Below the pieces are notes generated by a model. That model had not been told where the DNA came from and ran no database searches. It saw nothing but the letters and a program-made list of their open reading frames with translations. The position numbers were made by a program, and so were the translations under genes. Below are positions 57,360-64,000 of a stretch of DNA of 64,000 bases, one piece after another (position 1 is the stretch's first letter; each line of letters starts with the position of its first letter). The DNA comes from Candidatus Latescibacterota bacterium (GTDB lineage Bacteria > Latescibacterota > UBA2968 > GCA-2709665), in contig OZ242358.1 in the NCBI GenBank assembly GCA_965208835.1, forward strand, positions 1,952,001 through 2,016,000. Reading direction: 5' to 3'.

Positions 57360-58988
57360 TCACTGCGATTTCCAGGGCTTTCCCGATTCCGTCAATTCCT
57401 CGCGGGTCGTGGCCTCCGGCCCGAATCGGATATGGCGGAAGGCGAACGGGATATGGCGTCGGCCGAACAGGGCTTGGGTAAGCCCCCAATGGCACAATGT
57501 GATGATGGCTGTTGCGGCCAGGCCGATGATGATCGTGTTCCGGATCCAGCCGGCGTAGGCGCCGGCTTGCGGTACAGTTGGACCATATGCGTGGTCGGCA
57601 AGCGCTATGGAAGCGGCCAGGACCGTGCAGACGATGGCGTTGAACGTAATCAGTCCCTCGGTTACCAGGCGCCGGGGACTGAATTCAACAATCTTCAGGG
57701 CGAAGTTGAAATTGACGACCCACCACAGAAAGACCAGGTAAAGAAGCTGTCCCTTGCCCAGCCAGGTATCCGGTATGAACGTAAGGGGCACAGAGCGGTG
57801 CATTTGCATCAACCAGAAGACGGCGATGCCGATGGCGATGTAAATCAGTTCAAGCCACCCGATCCAGCCCCTGGACCGCACAAACCAGCCCGCTACGGGT
57901 AGTCCGTAGGGTCTCTCCGGCAGGCAGGCGACATTTTCTACCCAGTTTCGCGATGCCTTTCGGTGGTTCAGGTACGTCAGGCCGATCAGAACGAAACCCG
58001 TTGCGAACGTTCCTGTCCACGCCGGCATGGGTAACGCATTGGAATTCTGGGGAGCAATAACCGAGAGCAGACCCATGGTAACAGCGACTGCAATCCCGTG
58101 GAATAAACCCTGGGTCTGCTCCATGACGCTGTGCCAGTTCGTCTGCAATCCGGTACGGATATTCAGCAGTTTCAGGAACTGACCCAGACTGAAGCCGATT
58201 CCTCCGATAAACCCCGTGATCAGCGAGGCAAGCGCTAGTCCGTACAGGTCGTAACGCCAGCAGAAGATCAGCAGACCGGCAGCGAGCCCGACGCAACCGG
58301 CCCAGTTATCGCCCCGCGGCGGCGTCATCCGGAGCTTGAAGCCGACGACGAGCAGCAAAAAGGATACGTACCACCCCACTGTAAGGTGAAGCACCAGAGA
58401 GGTGGCGATGTCGAAGCCTCCGCGAACGGCTGCGACGATCAACCCGGCGACCATCGCCACCAGGGTCGCCAGCCAATCGGTATCGTACCAGGAGAGATTA
58501 GCTCTACCGGACTTTCTGTCACCGGAGAATAGCAGGTCGACCAGTACTGATTGAAGCGCCCATCCCGAGAAGATCACGGTCAGCGGCACAAAGAAAATCG
58601 CAAGCCGGTCTCCGGTGAGAAAAGCAGGCAGCGCGGTTCCGGCGCCGCCCATAAACGCCCATAGAAAGCCAATGACGAACAGGCTGGCAAATCCGTAAAG
58701 CACGGAGGGCGGGTGGCCGGAGTGCGTGTAGCCGACCACGCCCATGTATGACATGCTTCCGCCGAAGGACCAGCCGAGCGCGCCGAACATGGCGAAGTAG
58801 TGAACGTGAGCCAGCCAGTCGGGACGCCCTGAAACCAGCACTGCGGCGATTGCCGCCAGTGCGCCGGGAATGGCCGCGCCGTATTCGTGGCCGAAGTTGC
58901 CGCGGATGCCCCATCCCACCGAAAGAGAAAGCCCGCAGAAAACCACGAGCTGCCACGTAATGCCCGATGTTGCCAGGATAGGGTCCAT
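57360..58988 (-). CDS. Polytopic membrane protein of unknown function
   Basis: More than 10 hydrophobic segments; GWGIRGNFGHEYGA, GWSFGGSMSY, PPRGDNWAG, NWHSVMEQ. Starts 1 bp after the upstream stop. Confidence 0.8.
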   Translation of the reverse strand: MDPILATSGITWQLVVFCGLSLSVGWGIRGNFGHEYGAAIPGALAAIAAVLVSGRPDWLAHVHYFAMFGALGWSFGGSMSYMGVVGYTHSGHPPSVLYGFASLFVIGFLWAFMGGAGTALPAFLTGDRLAIFFVPLTVIFSGWALQSVLVDLLFSGDRKSGRANLSWYDTDWLATLVAMVAGLIVAAVRGGFDIATSLVLHLTVGWYVSFLLLVVGFKLRMTPPRGDNWAGCVGLAAGLLIFCWRYDLYGLALASLITGFIGGIGFSLGQFLKLLNIRTGLQTNWHSVMEQTQGLFHGIAVAVTMGLLSVIAPQNSNALPMPAWTGTFATGFVLIGLTYLNHRKASRNWVENVACLPERPYGLPVAGWFVRSRGWIGWLELIYIAIGIAVFWLMQMHRSVPLTFIPDTWLGKGQLLYLVFLWWVVNFNFALKIVEFSPRRLVTEGLITFNAIVCTVLAASIALADHAYGPTVPQAGAYAGWIRNTIIIGLAATAIITLCHWGLTQALFGRRHIPFAFRHIRFGPEATTREELTESGKPWKSQ

Positions 58989-58989
58989 C

Positions 58990-61095
58990 TTACGACTCTG
59001 CTCGGCCGACGTCGATCACGAGATTGCCGTAGTCGTCGACGTTGACCGTACACCCGGGGGGAACAAGCGTTGTAGAGTCGATTTCCTCGACGATGGCGGG
59101 GCCCGGGAAGCGGTTGTTCGCCTCCAGGCGATACCGGTCGTAGATCGCCGTGGTCGCCAATCCCCCGGACCCCGGCATTCGGACGTCGCGATCCGCCTTC
59201 AGGGCGTTCCGGGCGGAGGGTCCGCCTTCGGGAACCTGCCGCCGGCTGGGGCGGGGTACGGCGCCGACGGCTGAGAGACGGACATTGACAACCTCCGTGG
59301 GCTCATCCCGGGTCGCAAACCCGTACTGGCGCCGGTGTGCCGTAAAGAAAGCGGTGTTCAATTCTCGGGGGAGGTCATCCGAAAGTCGGCCGACCGGCAC
59401 TCGAAGTTCGTAGGACTGGCCCGTGTATCGCATATCCGCCTCCCGGACGAACCGGATGTTGGAACGGGAGACGCCCTCGCTCAACAGCAGGCGGGTCGCA
59501 TGCGCTTCGAATTCGCTGTAGATGTCTGAAAGGCCGGCCACATTCAGTTCATCTGTCGCAGAAATGTAGGTCCGGACGTAGTCGTGGCGCAGGTCGGTTA
59601 CGAGCAGGCCCAGCGCCGTGGTGACGCCGGGACTGGGCGGAACGAGTACCGTGCCGATATGCAGCGCCTTCGCGAGCGCCACCGCGTGGACGGGTCCTGC
59701 GCCGCCGAAAGCGACGAGTACGAACGCGCGGGGGTCCACGCCTTTCTGGACCGAAACGAGTTGAAGGATGCCCGTCATGTTGGCGTTGGCGATTTCAATC
59801 AGGCCGGCGGCCGCGTCTTCGACGGGCAGATTCAGGGGTGTGGCGATTCGCCGTTCGATCGCCTGTTTCGCGAGTGATACGTCGAGGCGGAGTTCGCCGC
59901 CCAGGAAATAGTCGGGATTGAGGCGGCCCAGAACGAGGTTTGCGTCCGTCAGCGTGGGTTCCGAGCCCCCTTTGCCGTAACAGGCGGGTCCGGGCGCCGC
60001 GCCGGCGGATTGCGGCCCGACGGCAAGCGCCCCGCCCGGATCGACGTGGCCTATGCTGCCGCCGCCGGAACCGATTTCGACCAGATCGATGACGGGTGTC
60101 TTTACGGGATATCCCTGCCCTTTGTCCCTGGTGGTGGTTGCGACGGCGGCGTCGCCAACCTCGAATTCGGCGGCCAGCCGCGGCCTGCCGTTTTCGATGA
60201 GGGCGGCCTTTGCGGTTGTGCCCCCGATGTCCAGGGCGATCAGGTTCTCGAATCCGGCGAGCTGGCCGATGTACGTTGCGGCGATGACGCCGGCCGCCGG
60301 CCCGGACTCGATGAGTTGAACGGGCTGTTGTCTGGCGGTACCGGATGCGATGATGCCGCCGCCGGAGGTCATCAGGAACAGGCCGGAGCCGGGGTTTACC
60401 TTCCCGAGCCGGTCCTCCAGCCGTTCCACGTAGGCGCCAACCGCGGGAAGCAGCGCGGCGTTGACGGCGGTCGTGCTGGCCCGTGTGTATTCGCGGTACT
60501 CGGGGCAAATGTCGGATGAGATGCAGACTGGAAGATCGGGACATGCATCTTTGACGATCTCGGCGGCGCGCCGTTCGTGGGTCGGGTCCCGATAGGCGTG
60601 CAGGAAGCAGACGAGAATCGCTTCAACCCGGTCTTTCGCCAATTGACGCGCGGCACGGGCCACGGCGGCTTCGTCCAGAGGAACAAGCACCGCGCCCCGG
60701 GCGTCGATGCGTTCGGGTACGCCGATGCAGAGGTGCCGCGGCACGAGCGGAGGCGGCTTGTCGTAATTCAGGTCGTAGAGGTTGGGGCGGATCTGCCAGG
60801 CGATTTCAAAGAGATCGCTGAAGCCTTCGGAGGCGATGAGGCCGATCCGTGCGCCCTTTTGCTGGATGATCGTGTTGGTCGCCACCGTGGTGCCGTGGAC
60901 CACGAAACGGATCTGATCGGAAGTGAGGCCCCGGTTGGAGAGGCCGCGGGTATACGCTTCCATAAATGCGCGTGAGGGATCGTCGGGAGTGGACGAGACC
61001 TTGACGGGATGGAAGTCGCCGGATTGCTCGTCCATCACCACGGCGTCGGTGAACGTGCCGCCAATGTCGATTCCGATGCGGAATAGATCGCTCAT
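58990..61095 (-). CDS. Hydantoinase/oxoprolinase subunit A (second copy)
   Basis: DIGGTFTD, HGTTVATN, ESGPAAG, DIGGTT, SAGAAPGPACY, AFGGAGPVH. Confidence 0.92.
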   Translation of the reverse strand: MSDLFRIGIDIGGTFTDAVVMDEQSGDFHPVKVSSTPDDPSRAFMEAYTRGLSNRGLTSDQIRFVVHGTTVATNTIIQQKGARIGLIASEGFSDLFEIAWQIRPNLYDLNYDKPPPLVPRHLCIGVPERIDARGAVLVPLDEAAVARAARQLAKDRVEAILVCFLHAYRDPTHERRAAEIVKDACPDLPVCISSDICPEYREYTRASTTAVNAALLPAVGAYVERLEDRLGKVNPGSGLFLMTSGGGIIASGTARQQPVQLIESGPAAGVIAATYIGQLAGFENLIALDIGGTTAKAALIENGRPRLAAEFEVGDAAVATTTRDKGQGYPVKTPVIDLVEIGSGGGSIGHVDPGGALAVGPQSAGAAPGPACYGKGGSEPTLTDANLVLGRLNPDYFLGGELRLDVSLAKQAIERRIATPLNLPVEDAAAGLIEIANANMTGILQLVSVQKGVDPRAFVLVAFGGAGPVHAVALAKALHIGTVLVPPSPGVTTALGLLVTDLRHDYVRTYISATDELNVAGLSDIYSEFEAHATRLLLSEGVSRSNIRFVREADMRYTGQSYELRVPVGRLSDDLPRELNTAFFTAHRRQYGFATRDEPTEVVNVRLSAVGAVPRPSRRQVPEGGPSARNALKADRDVRMPGSGGLATTAIYDRYRLEANNRFPGPAIVEEIDSTTLVPPGCTVNVDDYGNLVIDVGRAES

Positions 61096-62846
61096 CGAGT
61101 TTCACTTTCCTGGATGCGCTGACGCAGGACCCCTGTTTCCTCGTGGTCCACGGTCCAGTTCGCTGAATCGTAGACCACACCGTATGTCTCCCGTGCTATG
61201 CGTGGTGAAATTTTCCTGTCCCGCACGTCCCGCACGACGGCCTCGGGGTCGCGTCCGTCCGGACGGCCGAACCCCCCGCCGCCCGGCGTCTGCACGCTCA
61301 CGCGGCCGCCTTTGGGAACCGTGATGCTGGACTTTGAAGGCAACGCTTCAGCACTGTCCTCGGGGTCCCGGATGAACCGCGCGGGCAGGCCCTCCCCGCC
61401 GCCCTCGAGCCCCCAGGGCGGAAACCGGGTGCCGTCGGAGAGGACGGTGAACGTGGTATCGCAGTCGGGAAACTCAAAGTCTCTCCGGATGCCGAGGCCC
61501 CCGCGAAACCGGCCCGCGCCGCAGCTGTCGGTGATCAGGCCGTAATGTGCGAAGCGGATGGGATAGTTGATTTCCACTTCTTCGATCGGGGCGTTCTCGG
61601 TGTTGTGGATGGTCGTCTGAATGGCGTCGGGGCCGTCTTTCATGGGCCGGGCGCCGTTGCCGCCGCCAACGGTTTCCATGTAGCAGTAATAGGCTTTTTT
61701 TCGCGGATCGTTGCCTGCAAAACCCAGGTTGCAGATAATGCCCTTTCCGCAGGCGGGAATTCTATCGGGCAATGCCTCGTGCATGGCAGTCAGGGTGAGT
61801 TCGGCGGTGAGTTGCGCGAGTTCCCACGCGCCGACCACGGCGGCCGGCCACGTGGCGGTGAGCACAGTATTATCGGGTCCCGCCACCTCCATGCATCGGT
61901 AGAGGCCGTCGTTGACCAGGATCCGGGGATCGATCAGGCTCTTTACGACTACCGCGATGGCCGCCAGGGTCGTCGCACGTGTGGCGTTCAACGGGCCGGT
62001 CTGCTGCGGTGCGGATCCGGTGACGTCAAGCGTGGCGTTTCCTTCGCGAATTCGGACCGCGACGGCGATCCTGACCGGTTCGTCGTCGAGTCCGTTGCCG
62101 TCGCGGTATCCAGTGGCTTTATACTCACCGGCCGGCAGCGCGGCTATTTCGCGACGCGCCCACCGCTCCGTGTAATCGAGCAGTTCGTCGAAAAACGCCA
62201 CGACCTGAGCGACGTCATAACGGTCGATCAGTTCAGCGATGCGCCGCGCGCCCACCAGGTTTGCTCCCATCTGTGCCCGCAGATCGCCTCCGGTCTCCTG
62301 GGGCGCGCGCACGTTTTGCAGAACGAGGCCCAGTACGTTTTCGTCGATTTCACCGCGCCGCACGATTTTCGTGGGCGGTATGATGATGCCTTCCTGGTAG
62401 ATTTCACGGTTTACGCCCAGGCTGCACGGCGTGCTTCCCCCCACGTCCACGTGGTGGGCCATGTTGGCGAGGTACCCCAGCCTCGTCTTTCCGGCGTCGA
62501 CCGGTGCGATCAGGGCGATGTCGTTGAGGTGGCTGCCACCACGATGTGGATCGTTGAGGATGATGCCGTCCCCGGGCGCGAGATTCCCGGCGCCGTATTC
62601 CCGCAGCGCGTTTGGTACAGCGGACTTCAGGGACGAGAGATGCGCCGGCTGCGAAAAGGACTGCGCGACAACCCGGAATGAAGCGTCGAAGAAGGCGCAG
62701 GAAAAGTCCGCGCGGGTCTTGATATTGGTGGAGTACGCCGTGCGGCGTATGGTATACGCCATCTCTTCGGTCGCGTTGAGCAGCGCGTTCTTCATCACTT
62801 CGAAAGTGATGGGGTCCATGGCGTGGTGAGATGACTGATCGGACAT
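61092..62846 (-). CDS. Hydantoinase B/oxoprolinase subunit (second copy)
   Basis: DPITFEV, RTAYS, NDPHRGGSHLND, HHVDVGG, IYQEG, GAGRFRGG, TPGGGGFG. Confidence 0.92.
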   Translation of the reverse strand: MSDQSSHHAMDPITFEVMKNALLNATEEMAYTIRRTAYSTNIKTRADFSCAFFDASFRVVAQSFSQPAHLSSLKSAVPNALREYGAGNLAPGDGIILNDPHRGGSHLNDIALIAPVDAGKTRLGYLANMAHHVDVGGSTPCSLGVNREIYQEGIIIPPTKIVRRGEIDENVLGLVLQNVRAPQETGGDLRAQMGANLVGARRIAELIDRYDVAQVVAFFDELLDYTERWARREIAALPAGEYKATGYRDGNGLDDEPVRIAVAVRIREGNATLDVTGSAPQQTGPLNATRATTLAAIAVVVKSLIDPRILVNDGLYRCMEVAGPDNTVLTATWPAAVVGAWELAQLTAELTLTAMHEALPDRIPACGKGIICNLGFAGNDPRKKAYYCYMETVGGGNGARPMKDGPDAIQTTIHNTENAPIEEVEINYPIRFAHYGLITDSCGAGRFRGGLGIRRDFEFPDCDTTFTVLSDGTRFPPWGLEGGGEGLPARFIRDPEDSAEALPSKSSITVPKGGRVSVQTPGGGGFGRPDGRDPEAVVRDVRDRKISPRIARETYGVVYDSANWTVDHEETGVLRQRIQESETR

Positions 62847-62954
62847 ATCTTTTCTCCGTGACGCGTTTTCCGGGACGTGAAACAAGGGGTATTTATCGAG
62901 ATGTGTTATCCGTTTTGATGCGACGGCTCCTTTTCATCCTTCAGGGGCGGAAAG

Positions 62955-64000
62955 CTACCGCTGCCAGTGGCCCGATCCGAAGATGCGGAATCGATCCACG
63001 CCCGGGTGCAGGGCGGAAAAGGCAATTTCATCACCGGCGGACAGGTGTTCTGCTCCGTCGAGGGCCAGGGCGTACCGTGTTCGGATGCGCGTGCCCCGCT
63101 CATCCAGAATGTCTTCCGAGACCCGGTCGTTCAGGGGTTGGATGAAAACAAGGCGTCGATCCCGTCCTGCTTTGTAGATATTCAGGTTATCTTCCTTGCC
63201 CTGGATGACCGGCGGCGGCTCGACCCAGGCTCGGTCTTTCTCGACCGCGGTGACAAGCAGATAGCCCACGGCCAGGTGCGGATAACCGTCCAGGCGCAGA
63301 GTACAGGCCCCGTCAGGACTCCTTTCGGCGGATCCGATGGTGTATGCGGAGGCACGTTTGCGATGACGTATGGTGATGGTCTTTCCCGGGAGTGCGTTGG
63401 GGTCCGCAATCTCGGCTTCCGGTTGGATCGTCAGGGTTTTTTCGACGTCGTCGAATCCGGTAAGCAGCCCTTCAATGGTGGGCAGGGGTTGGAGCCGGCG
63501 ACCGCCGGCTTCGGCGAAAGTGCCGCCGATGATCGCAAGCATGCGGAGGCCGTGAGCATCGAATGACGCGTAGGCGAGTTCGCCGTCGCTGTGCAATTCG
63601 CCGCCGTCATTGGAGATTTCACAAGGCGCGCCGGAGGGATTGCTAAGGACCAGATCCGTACCCCGGCTGTGCGTCACCTGAAACCCTTCGGCTTCATGAT
63701 TCTCACAGGATAGGCGGCTGGCCCGTTCGATGAACGGGCTGTTGCGGTAGGGTTCATGGACGGCCAGAAACGTGTTCGGGAGGTTACTGTTCCGGCGGCG
63801 GACGGTGACCAGCTTCATCTGCTCGCCCAGGTCGCGGTTGTCAAGCCAGCGCTGTGCGGGGCCGGTGCCGGCGATGATCTCGGATCCGGGCGCGTCAAGC
63901 ATGTGAAGTTTCAGGAATGCTTCCGTGTCGATCTCCTGAGAGCCGTCCGGGTTCGGGTATTCGGAAACGTCGCCCCAGGTTGCCGTCCACGGTCCGTTGC
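62955..64000 (-). CDS. C-terminal part of a large protein, possibly heparinase II/III-like; 5' end outside the window
   Basis: Frame is open to the window edge; WTATW, LKLHM, VRRR...NTFLAVHEPY resemble heparinase II/III C-terminal regions. Confidence 0.5.
   Translation of the reverse strand, partial: NGPWTATWGDVSEYPNPDGSQEIDTEAFLKLHMLDAPGSEIIAGTGPAQRWLDNRDLGEQMKLVTVRRRNSNLPNTFLAVHEPYRNSPFIERASRLSCENHEAEGFQVTHSRGTDLVLSNPSGAPCEISNDGGELHSDGELAYASFDAHGLRMLAIIGGTFAEAGGRRLQPLPTIEGLLTGFDDVEKTLTIQPEAEIADPNALPGKTITIRHRKRASAYTIGSAERSPDGACTLRLDGYPHLAVGYLLVTAVEKDRAWVEPPPVIQGKEDNLNIYKAGRDRRLVFIQPLNDRVSEDILDERGTRIRTRYALALDGAEHLSAGDEIAFSALHPGVDRFRIFGSGHWQR

Overview
GC-rich bacterial window, densely coding and mostly on the + strand. 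I found no rRNA, tRNA, CRISPR array or transposase gene. It has six blocks. (1) 1-11.2 kb: housekeeping and Fe-S genes (dNK, panB, panC, sod, peroxiredoxin, iscA-type carrier, rny, orphan nuoI, single-Cys IscU-like, queG, miaB, lipA, Rieske ferredoxin). (2) 11.4-21.4 kb: GWxTD protein, fused indolepyruvate-type ferredoxin oxidoreductase, Gfo/Idh/MocA enzyme, plant-HPR1-like hydroxypyruvate reductase, dusA. (3) 21.5-37 kb: amide/lactam hydrolases, two ankyrin lipoproteins, PhyH dioxygenase. (4) 37.3-40.3 kb: NHL lipoprotein, TlpA and an outer-membrane barrel gene with an in-frame TGA plus a SECIS-like hairpin (candidate new selenoprotein). (5) 41.3-54.5 kb: methylated-amine cluster (mgsC-like, tdm-like, amt, fhs, gmaS-like) with an unexplained acyl-CoA-dehydrogenase-fold flavoprotein, flavin reductase and two small unknown proteins, a possible uncharacterised amine monooxygenase. 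(6) 54.9-64 kb: a minus-strand block with a second hydantoinase pair. Intergenic DNA carries four families of MITE-like repeats, and all three copies of one family begin at a gene's stop codon. The gene content suggests a Gram-negative, possibly host-associated marine lineage (inference only). All calls come from motif recognition by eye; no database searches were run.
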